From IMG/VR virus record IMGVR_UViG_3300043607_000016, positions 1 to 63,968 of that record: a stretch of 63,968 nucleotides of DNA; one strand, 5' to 3'. Numbering within the stretch: the first letter of the stretch is position 1; each line of letters starts with the position of its first letter. The position numbers and the translations under genes were made by a program. The notes under the pieces were generated by a model, which made no database searches, was not told the origin of the DNA, and was given only the letters and a program-made list of their open reading frames with translations. Of the stretch, positions 37,748-45,644 are shown piece by piece. The DNA is from a virus.

Positions 37748-37921
37748 CTACTTGGGCCAACGGCAGCGGCCGCACTTTTTGTACCCTGCTTCGATCGCAT
37801 CAGATACGGTCGTAAACTTAATTACGTTCCGTAGAAGCAATTGGCTCTGACGACAACGATCATTATTGGTGTTGGCATGAACCTTTTTGGTTTCCCTGTT
37901 CGCATAAAATTTTTTAAGCAT
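37748..37921 (-). CDS. Small Ada-type zinc-binding-like protein (57 aa)
   Basis: ...VHANTNNDRC...FTTVSDAIEAGYKKCGRC resembles the Ada metal-binding domain pattern. ATG 37921 overlaps the upstream stop. Confidence 0.35.
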   Translation of the reverse strand: MLKKFYANRETKKVHANTNNDRCRQSQLLLRNVIKFTTVSDAIEAGYKKCGRCRWPK

Positions 37922-38135
37922 TAAGTTGTGTTTTCCTTTTGTATGGCCCAACGGGGGTTGTAAAAGCCTCCTCAATAGTCCATCCACCCTTACCCAATCT
38001 ATAAGCTAAAAGGGTCCATCGAACGTTGAGTCTATCTGCCCATTGAGCCATCGTAAGATTCTCACCCAGGTATTCGATCCGGCGGTTATTCCTTTTATTA
38101 TTAAGTTGGACTTTCCACGGAACACGCAATCCCAT
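37914..38135 (-). CDS. HTH DNA-binding module (73 aa) of the kind found at the C-terminus of phage endonucleases
   Basis: IEYLGENLTMAQWADRLNVRWTLLAYRLGKGGWTIEEAFTTP. Confidence 0.45.
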   Translation of the reverse strand: MGLRVPWKVQLNNKRNNRRIEYLGENLTMAQWADRLNVRWTLLAYRLGKGGWTIEEAFTTPVGPYKRKTQLNA

Positions 38136-38149
38136 AACGCATCGTTCTG

Positions 38150-38245
38150 CTAGTTGAGCCCAAAGAATGACACGACAGTCAGACGATTGAACTTCTGCCC
38201 GGTGAGGTCGATGATGCGAGTACCCGGCAATTTCAATACAGGCAT
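38150..38245 (-). pseudogene. N-terminal remnant of an endonuclease-family gene (31 codons, then TAG)
   Basis: MPVLKLPGTRIIDLTGQKFNRLTVVSFFGLN* carries the family N-terminal signature. Downstream of the stop the same frame reads ...ALWDCVFRGKSN, a degenerate form of W.C.C.CG. Confidence 0.45.
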
Positions 38246-38250
38246 GCTAG

Positions 38251-38607
38251 CTATTCGCCCCCATCGAACTTGAAAAAAGTGCCTGGAACATGCCTCCCCG
38301 CTTCCGTGTCCCCCTGATCCGCCTCGCGCACACGGTACATTTCAGATACACGCGGGTCCGGGATGGCCTTGTCCTCCGCGAAGATTTGCTTTTCGCCGGT
38401 GACTGAATCTTGGATTTCGGTGTCGGTCCATTTGTGATTGCTTTGGCCGAATTTCCCCCTCAAATCCAGCCTTCCATCCACATGAGTATGAATCACTTCA
38501 GCGTCAACAATCTGATCCCGAGTGACGACGAACCTCACCCGACGTGGAGTAGAGCGAATGGGTGGGGTCTGCGCTTGGGGTGAGGGTTGTGATTGAGATT
38601 GTGCCAT
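38251..38607 (-). CDS. Hypothetical protein (118 aa)
   Basis: AAAGGAGAAG lies upstream of ATG 38607. Confidence 0.55.
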   Translation of the reverse strand: MAQSQSQPSPQAQTPPIRSTPRRVRFVVTRDQIVDAEVIHTHVDGRLDLRGKFGQSNHKWTDTEIQDSVTGEKQIFAEDKAIPDPRVSEMYRVREADQGDTEAGRHVPGTFFKFDGGE

Positions 38608-38803
38608 TGATTACTTCTCCTTTTGTTATTGCCCCCGCATAGCTTTTAGTCCGGTTTCAAAAGAGCAAACGTGCAGACCATAGCCTATTCTAATTTGCGA
38701 GTGCTTTTCAAATCTGTATGTTGTTCTATCTTGGCCTAGTCTGCACGAGAGGAGAGTACGCTTTTACCCCGGAAGATTGCAAGTACCTAGACGGGTTAGG
38801 GAA

Positions 38804-39040
38804 TCAACGCGGACCATCCTGATTTGAGTAAACCAGCTTGAATCTCGGACCCGAGTAACCATCACGCTCGATATGTTCTAGGAACATGGATAGCGATCTA
38901 GCCGTAAGACGGCGATCTCCATAAAGCGGCCGGTAGACGACGAGTTCTTCTCCGGTTTCTGAGTGAATAGCGATGCCGATTACGCCGTAGGTACCACCTT
39001 TGAAATGTTGGTAGATGCCTGGAATGAGCAGTATGCTCAT
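38804..39040 (-). CDS. DUF1653-like protein (78 aa)
   Basis: YQHFKGGTYGVIGIAIHSETGEELVVYRPLYG...MFLEHI. Start ATG 39040 overlaps the methylase stop. Confidence 0.55.
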   Translation of the reverse strand: MSILLIPGIYQHFKGGTYGVIGIAIHSETGEELVVYRPLYGDRRLTARSLSMFLEHIERDGYSGPRFKLVYSNQDGPR

Positions 39041-39594
39041 ACTTCCAACCCCCACGAGTCCCAACCCGCAAACTTCTCTCTCGCGAACATCTCTATTCTC
39101 CTTGCATATGGATACATCATCTCGATCCTCTCACGAACCTCATCAGGTTTTCGGCTATGCTCCCGGCGTGGACCCTTAACAACCTGACGGATCATAGGCT
39201 GCTGCGGCCGCATGGAACCTCGGCAGCCGAGTAGAACCAACTCCACATTGCTTGCCGTGTAGTAGCCAGGATTCTTCGTCGTATCTCTATTACCCTTGTT
39301 GACCTTTTCCCAGACGAATGCGACAGTGCAATAACGAAACCCCCAGCCTTTAATAAGAGTGATGGCTGAGTCCAATCTTGGACAGGTCGCCCACATGAAT
39401 AGAGCACAGTTCTTAGAAGACCATTCATCTATCTGAGGCTTGAGTTTGAGCAGATCCTCGTCCTTCATAAGCGCGTAATGCTTCTCGGCGCCACCCCCGA
39501 ATTTGGTTGCTCGGTAGTTGCGCTCGTTACCAGCTTTGCGAGAATTATAATGCCAAGGTGGATCTGCGAGGATGATGTCGTAGGATGTGCTCAT
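39037..39594 (-). CDS. MT-A70-family N6-adenine DNA methyltransferase (185 aa)
   Basis: IILADPPWHY (DPPW catalytic motif). Start moved to ATG 39594. Confidence 0.75.
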   Translation of the reverse strand: MSTSYDIILADPPWHYNSRKAGNERNYRATKFGGGAEKHYALMKDEDLLKLKPQIDEWSSKNCALFMWATCPRLDSAITLIKGWGFRYCTVAFVWEKVNKGNRDTTKNPGYYTASNVELVLLGCRGSMRPQQPMIRQVVKGPRREHSRKPDEVRERIEMMYPYARRIEMFAREKFAGWDSWGLEV

Positions 39595-39625
39595 GCCTAT
39601 AAGTACAAGGGTGCAAGGGGCCATT

Positions 39626-39685
39626 AAAAAAAAAGAGGCCCGGCCGGGATTCCGCTCTATCCTATTTATTCCTCCCGGCCGGGCC
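39626..39685 (-). terminator. Rho-independent terminator for leftward transcription
   Basis: 13-bp GC-rich stem (39637-39649 pairs with 39673-39685), followed in the minus sense by nine U (A9 at 39626-39634 on the plus strand). Confidence 0.7.
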
Positions 39686-39763
39686 CCGCTATCGACCATC
39701 AGGGATGGGCTGACGATCGAACAGGAGAGAAGATAGCATGGAACTAGATGGGAATGCTATTAC

Positions 39764-40003
39764 CTAGTTGGGGGCGGAAGTCCGAGTTTTGGAGAGATGC
39801 TTCTCAATTCGTGGCAGTGCCTTATCCAATATCTCTATCTGCTCAGGGCTGGGGGTTGCTTCGCCGATCACCCAAGCGCGGATGTCGAGGGTGGATGTGT
39901 AGAGCATTCCCTTGTAGCGATGAAGACGGGCGGCGATGCGATCAGCGGAATATTTGTTTACAAGTTTGATCAGTAGCCTATTCGTTTTAGTCATGGATTT
40001 CAT
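39764..40003 (-). CDS. Hypothetical protein (79 aa)
   Basis: ATGA overlap with the upstream small ORF. Last gene before the terminator. Confidence 0.5.
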   Translation of the reverse strand: MKSMTKTNRLLIKLVNKYSADRIAARLHRYKGMLYTSTLDIRAWVIGEATPSPEQIEILDKALPRIEKHLSKTRTSAPN

Positions 40004-40179
40004 TCCTTATCCTCTCCCCTCAGTGACTCTATTCCAAAAACGATTGCCAGCAAACCAAAACAGACTGCATTGCCAAGGGGAATTGATACAATTCCATGAC
40101 CAAGAAAGATGGCTACCAGTCCTGAGTTTATTCCACTCACAACGCCATAGATGACGGCTATTAAAGATTTAGATTTCAT
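40000..40179 (-). CDS. Small two-TM membrane protein (59 aa)
   Basis: Not in the ORF track. ATGA overlaps at both ends. MKSKSLIAVIYGVVSGINSGLVAIFLGHGIVSIPLGNAVCFGLLAIVFGIESLRGEDKE. Confidence 0.5.
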   Translation of the reverse strand: MKSKSLIAVIYGVVSGINSGLVAIFLGHGIVSIPLGNAVCFGLLAIVFGIESLRGEDKE

Positions 40180-40361
40180 TTCTCTTTGTCTCCTTGCATT
40201 TTCAAATACTGCTCGAATGGAATCATCACCACCAGCGGTTCCCAGCCACTATCATGTATTACTATCAGGCTTTTTATTCCTCGCAAGACATCCGCCGTCA
40301 TCTTTCGGAGGGCGGTGGTTTGAACGTGCTTGATGGTCGGGTCGATGTAGGGGATCGTCAC
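40176..40361 (-). CDS. Phd/YefM-antitoxin-like small protein (61 aa)
   Basis: ...ALRKMTADVLRGIKSLIVIHDSGWEPLVVMIPFEQYLKMQ fits the Phd/YefM N-terminal pattern. Judged by eye only. Confidence 0.35.
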   Translation of the reverse strand: MTIPYIDPTIKHVQTTALRKMTADVLRGIKSLIVIHDSGWEPLVVMIPFEQYLKMQGDKEK

Positions 40362-40633
40362 TTCGCCTCTGCCTTCTTAATAAAAGTCATCCCATTCGCC
40401 ATCCGCTCCCGCACCCGCCCGATATGCCAATGGTCCGCGTACCTGCATTTATAAACCTGCATGACCTGTCCGGTTTTGGTTTGCATTCGGAGGGCCTCAC
40501 GGATGGCGTAGTCATGGGTGAAGTTCCGCTTGTTCTTACACCCCCTCGCCTCGTATTTATCGCAAAACTTTACCATGCGGGAGGTGTTGCGTCGGCGTCG
40601 GAGGTCGTTGCGGGTGTGGCTCATTTGGATCAC
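40358..40633 (-). CDS. Hypothetical basic protein (91 aa)
   Basis: 4-nt overlap with the downstream gene. Confidence 0.5.
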   Translation of the reverse strand: MIQMSHTRNDLRRRRNTSRMVKFCDKYEARGCKNKRNFTHDYAIREALRMQTKTGQVMQVYKCRYADHWHIGRVRERMANGMTFIKKAEAK

Positions 40634-40660
40634 CTATATTATTCTACCTCGGCAGCAGGA

Positions 40661-41503
40661 TCAATTACCTACTTGGGTATCATCATCCTTATGTGGGCAG
40701 ATGCCATTATTCCGGTTCCGGCCAAAGTTGCAGTTGTAGCAGAGTATCCGCATATCAGTACGCTCGCCAGCGATAATCTTTCGGAAAAGTCCGGGTCGAT
40801 TGCCCTCTCTGGACCAGCCCTTCAAACCCTCTCGATGATCCAATGTGAGAAAGGATTCTCGCGCTTCGAGGCAGCACTCACACTTGTCTCCCAGCAGGGC
40901 GAACACCTGAGTTCTAAGCCGATGCTCCTGACTTTTCTTGGATGATGTGAGGCGGCTGGAACATGCTTTACACCGGATCATCTCAGGAGGTTTTTCCCCA
41001 CCGCAGGTCTTGCATAGACCTTGTAATTCCCGCAGCCGAAGTGTTGAGATGCGACCCTTATTGATACTAATGTAACAGGATTTACAGAAGGTTTTGGTAA
41101 TGAGCGGGCGGTTGCCGCAATGAGTACAGAGGCCGAGAGCCAGCTTCTCCATCCGCCAGTATTTGAACTTGATTTTGTTTTTCTTATCCTTGGTTAGCTT
41201 TCCCTGCCGGAGTAAGGACTGCTTTTCAATACACTCCGCACAGGTCGCGGTTGTTCCTTGCGGACATCTGCCGCTCCAGAGAAACAAAGCCTGGGGGCGC
41301 AGCCGATCGCACTTCTTGCAGATCATTGACTGCTTATTTGCGGCTACATACTCTCGACGCTTTTGAACCGGTGTCTTCTTATCAACCGGGATGTAAGTAC
41401 AAGACTTACAGGCTGAGGTAAATCCATCTTTGGTAGCTTTTGTTCTATAGAACTCAGATGTAGCTTTGGGTTCCTCGCACTTCGAGCAGGTCTTGGTTTG
41501 CAT
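40661..41503 (-). CDS. Zinc-finger-rich HNH endonuclease (about 280 aa)
   Basis: Repeated CxxC pairs (CSKCEE..CKSC; CKKC..CAEC; CTHC..CKSC; CKTC..CKAC) and a C-terminal LDHREG...CYNCNFGRNRN HNH motif. ATG 41503 is preferred over the AT-rich TTG extension. Confidence 0.65.
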   Translation of the reverse strand: MQTKTCSKCEEPKATSEFYRTKATKDGFTSACKSCTYIPVDKKTPVQKRREYVAANKQSMICKKCDRLRPQALFLWSGRCPQGTTATCAECIEKQSLLRQGKLTKDKKNKIKFKYWRMEKLALGLCTHCGNRPLITKTFCKSCYISINKGRISTLRLRELQGLCKTCGGEKPPEMIRCKACSSRLTSSKKSQEHRLRTQVFALLGDKCECCLEARESFLTLDHREGLKGWSREGNRPGLFRKIIAGERTDMRILCYNCNFGRNRNNGICPHKDDDTQVGN

Positions 41504-41771
41504 GACCGGGAGTATATCACAAAAAGTTGTGGAAAAGAAAAAAATATTCGACAACTGGAAAAAAAATATCAGGTGATTTCAAAATGTGCAGCCCTATCCC
41601 GCGAAATCCGTTCTAAGTACCTAATGCCCCTCGACAACCTATGACTGTCTCGATTGCCTTCATCTATATGCGCTGGGACTGGCGTGCTTGCGGCCGGCGA
41701 GCTGGGCGTGCTGTGCAGCATCCTGGGTGAAGCGTGCAAGGCGGGTGAGGTCCGCGAGGTGGGTAGAAAAG

Positions 41772-41785
41772 CACCTATATAGGTG
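41772..41785. promoter_or_regulatory. Perfect 14-bp palindrome CACCTATATAGGTG in the divergent control region
   Basis: Read directly. It lies between the leftward and rightward early genes, about 70 bp upstream of the rightward promoter. Confidence 0.4.
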
Positions 41786-41855
41786 TAATGCCGACAAGAC
41801 TAGATCGAATGCAGGAGATTAGAGCGAGGTTTAGGTGCGCGGGTGAATTTTTCTC

Positions 41856-41885
41856 TTGACAATTGATGCAAGTGAGGCGTAGGAT
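41856..41885 (+). promoter_or_regulatory. Sigma70-like promoter (TTGACA-N18-TAGGAT)
   Basis: TTGACA at 41856-41861 and TAGGAT at 41880-41885. Lies upstream of AGGAGG and ATG 41929. Confidence 0.55.
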
Positions 41886-41928
41886 GCAGGTGATTTTAAT
41901 GATTAGACTGATAGGAGGATAGAAAGGT

Positions 41929-42237
41929 ATGAACATAACTCACACACAATGGACAGAGATTGAATCGAAGGTCCGTGCCACAAAGGTAGCAATAGAATCA
42001 TTGCAGGATACTCTAATAACGCTGGCATTCGAGCATAACCAACAAGGGAACACTACAGAGGGCAAGTTCTTAATGGACCTGGCAAGCACGATCGAGGATA
42101 AGACCTCTGGCAAGGAATTGTGTTCCTACTTCTATCACCCACAGCCAGAATGGACAGGCGGTGATTCGAGCGACCCGGCTAACACCAAGTACCGGGAGCC
42201 GCATATCGTGGGCACGTTTCCAAAATACATAACCTAA
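41929..42237 (+). CDS. Hypothetical early protein (102 aa)
   Basis: AGGAGG lies 9 nt upstream of the ATG. First rightward gene. Confidence 0.6.
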   Translation: MNITHTQWTEIESKVRATKVAIESLQDTLITLAFEHNQQGNTTEGKFLMDLASTIEDKTSGKELCSYFYHPQPEWTGGDSSDPANTKYREPHIVGTFPKYIT

Positions 42238-42555
42238 ACTTATAACTATACCTTTGAGATATAAGGCTAGTTTATAGGTGCCAGGATATGAGGACACTAA
42301 ACCAATGCGCATCCTGACTTGGACTAAAAGGTCGAAACGGGCGCGCGCCTAGCGTCGCTGCTTAGTTTTTTGGACGCATGTGGCGAGTCTTACGGCTATG
42401 GTCTGAGGACTGGGCAGAGTGGCGAGAATGCGGACTTGTTCCCAGAGCAAGTGGCGGAGTGGGCATATCAGAACAGCGACGAACTAAGTATGCTCGCCTG
42501 CGAATTGGAAGAAAACAAAGGGCTGATTGAAGAGTAAAGGGAGGGTGACAGAGCG

Positions 42556-42780
42556 ATGATTTTCATGAACGAAATACTAGCACGCGCGCAAGGTTGGCAA
42601 TTGACCAGGCGCGAGACGGATACGCTGATTGAGGTGCTCCGCGGTGGCAGCAATAAAGTCATCGCAGGCCGGTTGGGGATTAGCGCTGAGACGGTTAATA
42701 AGCATTTAGATAACGTGTATTTGAAGGCGGAAGTTCATTCGAGAGGTGAGCTGGCCGGACGGTTTTTGATGCTGGGATGA
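42556..42780 (+). CDS. LuxR/GerE-type HTH transcriptional regulator (74 aa)
   Basis: LTRRETDTLIEVLRGGSNKVIAGRLGISAETVNKHLDNVYLKAEVHSRGELA. GGGAGGG lies upstream. Confidence 0.75.
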   Translation: MIFMNEILARAQGWQLTRRETDTLIEVLRGGSNKVIAGRLGISAETVNKHLDNVYLKAEVHSRGELAGRFLMLG

Positions 42781-42845
42781 AAGTGGAAATTTGCGGGTGA
42801 GTGGGGACGGGTTGGAGGTTTGAGTTTTAGAAAGGGGGTGAGGAG

Positions 42846-43295
42846 ATGACGGTTTTATATAAGGATTGGGCGCCGACTGCATTCGACTCGAAAGGGTCAA
42901 TGCTTGATGACAGGCAAGAATGGTTTGTCGTTCCCGTGATGCAGACAAGGGACAGTGACGCGATGTCAGAAAGCAATTTCGCCGTTGCTTTGAGGATCCT
43001 CGGAGGCGAGATCGAAGGCGAGGTGGAGGTGCATCGGTTTGGGCATTGGGGGCCGGGATGGTTTGAGATTATCATCGCGCATCCACGGCGAGGTGGCGAG
43101 GTGGATGAGATTGAAGCGAGTTTGGCCGATTATCCTGTGCTTGATGACAGTGATTTTTCGGAAAGGGAGTGGAGGCGGGCAAGTGATTGGTGGATGTCTT
43201 GCGGGATGGGAGAGCGGATAAGGATCTGTGGCAAGTACAACGAGAGTATTTTTGCAGCAAGGCGGGATGAGATACCAGAGGATGTAAGATATTAG
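42846..43295 (+). CDS. Hypothetical protein (149 aa)
   Basis: GGGGGTGAGGAG lies upstream of the ATG. Confidence 0.6.
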   Translation: MTVLYKDWAPTAFDSKGSMLDDRQEWFVVPVMQTRDSDAMSESNFAVALRILGGEIEGEVEVHRFGHWGPGWFEIIIAHPRRGGEVDEIEASLADYPVLDDSDFSEREWRRASDWWMSCGMGERIRICGKYNESIFAARRDEIPEDVRY

Positions 43296-43404
43296 CTATC
43301 TCACGGAGTAGATCGTGTGAGTAGATCGTGTGAGGGGGATGCTCCGGTTTAGGTCCAATGACTTAGGCCAGAGCAGGTTTTAGAGGGTGTTACTTTTTGT
43401 GGTA

Positions 43405-43432
43405 TTGACATTAGGTTATAAAGGCGTATGAT
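43405..43432 (+). promoter_or_regulatory. Sigma70-like promoter (TTGACA-N16-TATGAT)
   Basis: TTGACA at 43405-43410 and TATGAT at 43427-43432, about 60 nt upstream of ATG 43493. Confidence 0.5.
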
Positions 43433-43492
43433 GAGCGGGATGATTTTGATGATGGTATTTTTAGAATGTGAAACTAACTTGGGGGTGATGAA

Positions 43493-43861
43493 ATGAAGTT
43501 TCAAGTAGAGCGCAACTGGGTAGACGTAGTTGGTAAAATCTGGATGCCGAATGCGACTTGGGCACAGAGAATTGACCTCGACTCCTACGCGATTGAAAAC
43601 ATGCTTGAAGACTTGGATGAGTGCGAGTCTTGTGGCGCCTATCATCGGGCAGAATTTGGAGGAGATTGCCGCGATGACAGCGAGAGATTTACAGAGCCGA
43701 GAGTGGCAACAAGGGGCAGCGTTGAGCGGTGGCTTGCCACTAACGCGGGTGACTTTTCCAGCATCCAGGATTTTCATGCGGTCGTCGGTGAGGTAGAGAT
43801 TGAATGGGAGACTGAGGAAGGCGAGATGGCCTTTAATGATCGTATGTATGCAGAGGCGTAG
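43493..43861 (+). CDS. Hypothetical protein (122 aa)
   Basis: GGGGGTGA lies upstream of the ATG. Confidence 0.6.
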   Translation: MKFQVERNWVDVVGKIWMPNATWAQRIDLDSYAIENMLEDLDECESCGAYHRAEFGGDCRDDSERFTEPRVATRGSVERWLATNAGDFSSIQDFHAVVGEVEIEWETEEGEMAFNDRMYAEA

Positions 43862-43958
43862 AAGTGGCTCCGGGGGCCGGTTTCAGGACTGGCCCTTGAT
43901 TTACATATTGTAATTTGAAATTTGAATGAGGATATTTTTAGTGGAGGTGAAAGGCGAA

Positions 43959-44597
43959 ATGACAGAGGTAAAACTAAAGGTAAAACTAAAGCACATAAAA
44001 TCCGCTCTGCTTACGATCGACGGGCGAGAGCCCATCAAAGTCGAATGGCTTGGCAGAGGTAGATTCTCTGAGGCATGGGGGAATTGTGAGAATGCCTACG
44101 TCATTACAAGAGAGCGTGAGTGGGGTACAGACTCAGCTAAGGAGTTAATGGAAAGTTTGCTCGATTTGAACAACCCCCACATCCCAAAGGTTGAGCATGT
44201 GGGCTACCTCGGAGACTCTAAGGTTTTTAGAATGCCCTTGTATCAACCTCTGACCGCGAAGAATAAAGAGGCATGGGGTCAGTTCAAGGAATTGAGACGA
44301 AACAAAGAGGACGCATGGAATAACTTTTGGCCGTCTTACGGAAGGCATGATGCTGCGATGGAGACCATGCGGTATGTAGTGGACTCATCAAGCGTGCCTC
44401 TGGAATTACGGGAAGGACTACAGGCGATTGTTGACGCCAGCTATAGCTATATGGATTTACCTATGCTGGAGTTTAGCAAGAAGAACTTGACTGTGGATGC
44501 TGAGGGACGGTTGATCTTGCTTGATGTGATTTTTGACATCAAGGTCAATGATAGTTTTTATGATGCCCGACGGAAAAGATATGAGCGGAGGTACTAA
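43959..44597 (+). CDS. Hypothetical protein with protein-kinase-like motifs (212 aa)
   Basis: GRGRFSEAWG (Gly-loop-like) and EFSKKNLTVDAEGRLILLDVIFD (catalytic-loop plus DFG-like spacing). GGAGGTGA lies upstream of ATG 43959. Confidence 0.35.
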   Translation: MTEVKLKVKLKHIKSALLTIDGREPIKVEWLGRGRFSEAWGNCENAYVITREREWGTDSAKELMESLLDLNNPHIPKVEHVGYLGDSKVFRMPLYQPLTAKNKEAWGQFKELRRNKEDAWNNFWPSYGRHDAAMETMRYVVDSSSVPLELREGLQAIVDASYSYMDLPMLEFSKKNLTVDAEGRLILLDVIFDIKVNDSFYDARRKRYERRY

Positions 44598-44601
44598 GAG
44601 A

Positions 44602-44799
44602 ATGAAGGACTACAGCCAGGCAATCTATATTGCACAGCAACGCGGGGTGGATCTGCGCGGTGATTTCCATGCTCAAAACATTGGTGAGTTCATGGCCGAA
44701 CTTGCAAGGGAGCATGGCTATCGCAAACCGAAGAACGCGAATGGCTCGACTGGTAGGTATTTCTTTCAGTTGTTGCAACGGGAGTTGAGAAAGTCATGA
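44602..44799 (+). CDS. Hypothetical protein (65 aa)
   Basis: ATG 44602 follows GAGG, just downstream of the previous stop. Confidence 0.5.
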   Translation: MKDYSQAIYIAQQRGVDLRGDFHAQNIGEFMAELAREHGYRKPKNANGSTGRYFFQLLQRELRKS

Positions 44800-45137
44800 C
44801 AAATAAACACACGCCGGGACCTTGGGAGCAAACCCAGAATGCGGATGGTGATTGGGCAATCTTCCAACGTAGGAGAAATGGCAAATCAATCTGCTTGTTG
44901 CTAGACCCGGATGGAGAATGTGTGGGTAGTCAAGCGAATGGAACTCTAAGCGTTATCGAGCCATCTCATCCTATGCGACAAGCGCACAGGATAGTGGTCG
45001 AACAAGCGCGGCGCGCCGACGAGTATGCGGCCCAGCATCCCTATGTCGAAACTTCGGTTGAAGAAGATAGCTTCCGCTATCCGTCTGAGAGAAATATTGA
45101 TACGCGGAACGTTCACAGGTTGCGTCAAAGGACTTAA
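44796..45137 (+). CDS. Hypothetical protein with an NKHTPGPW N-terminus (113 aa)
   Basis: ATGA overlap with the upstream gene. The N-terminus is shared with the frameshifted gene at 48485. Confidence 0.55.
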   Translation: MTNKHTPGPWEQTQNADGDWAIFQRRRNGKSICLLLDPDGECVGSQANGTLSVIEPSHPMRQAHRIVVEQARRADEYAAQHPYVETSVEEDSFRYPSERNIDTRNVHRLRQRT

Positions 45138-45463
45138 GATGGCATGTATGTTACGTTCAACCCAGACGACCCTTTGAAGTTTGTCAAGTATACAATTCCC
45201 ATAGCTATGAACTGCGCAGGTGGAAGGCAGGTAATGTAACGAAATGATACAAAACGCCGCAAACGGGCTGTATTCGATTTTCGCTTCAGTTCTGAGAATC
45301 AGGCAAAATAGAAAATGTCGATTTTGCTGGGGTTTTTAGTTTTGGGCTAGGCTTGGTGACACTAGGATACGCTTCTGCGGCTGTTCGTGCAGGGGACGCA
45401 GAGATAGACGGCAAGGCGCTGTATCAGGATTGAAGACGTAAATCTAAGATTGGGGGTGGGGAG

Positions 45464-45619
45464 ATGGGATGCTTTTTGATCTGTAGAGGCTGTCATGCTG
45501 AGTTTCTCTTTTTGGCGAGTGCAACTCTGGGCGAAATACGGCGGGAGATCGAGAGTCATGGATGCTTGCCGGCCAGGGTGATGTGGGATGGGAGAGTTGA
45601 GAGGGTTTGGATTCAGTAA
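45464..45619 (+). CDS. Small Cys-rich protein (51 aa)
   Basis: Not in the ORF track. MGCFLICRGCHAEF...HGC. A G-rich SD-like tract lies directly upstream. Confidence 0.35.
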   Translation: MGCFLICRGCHAEFLFLASATLGEIRREIESHGCLPARVMWDGRVERVWIQ

Positions 45620-45644
45620 AACTAAAAAGGTGGAGGTGAGAGTC

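Noticed and set aside
42363-42540. A possible TTG-initiated ~54-aa ORF (...ADLFPEQVAEWAYQNSDELSMLACELEENKGLIEE) upstream of the LuxR-type gene
   Set aside because: The sequence is protein-like, but it has no ATG or GTG start and no SD sequence. It is not reported as a feature, but it should be revisited with comparative data.
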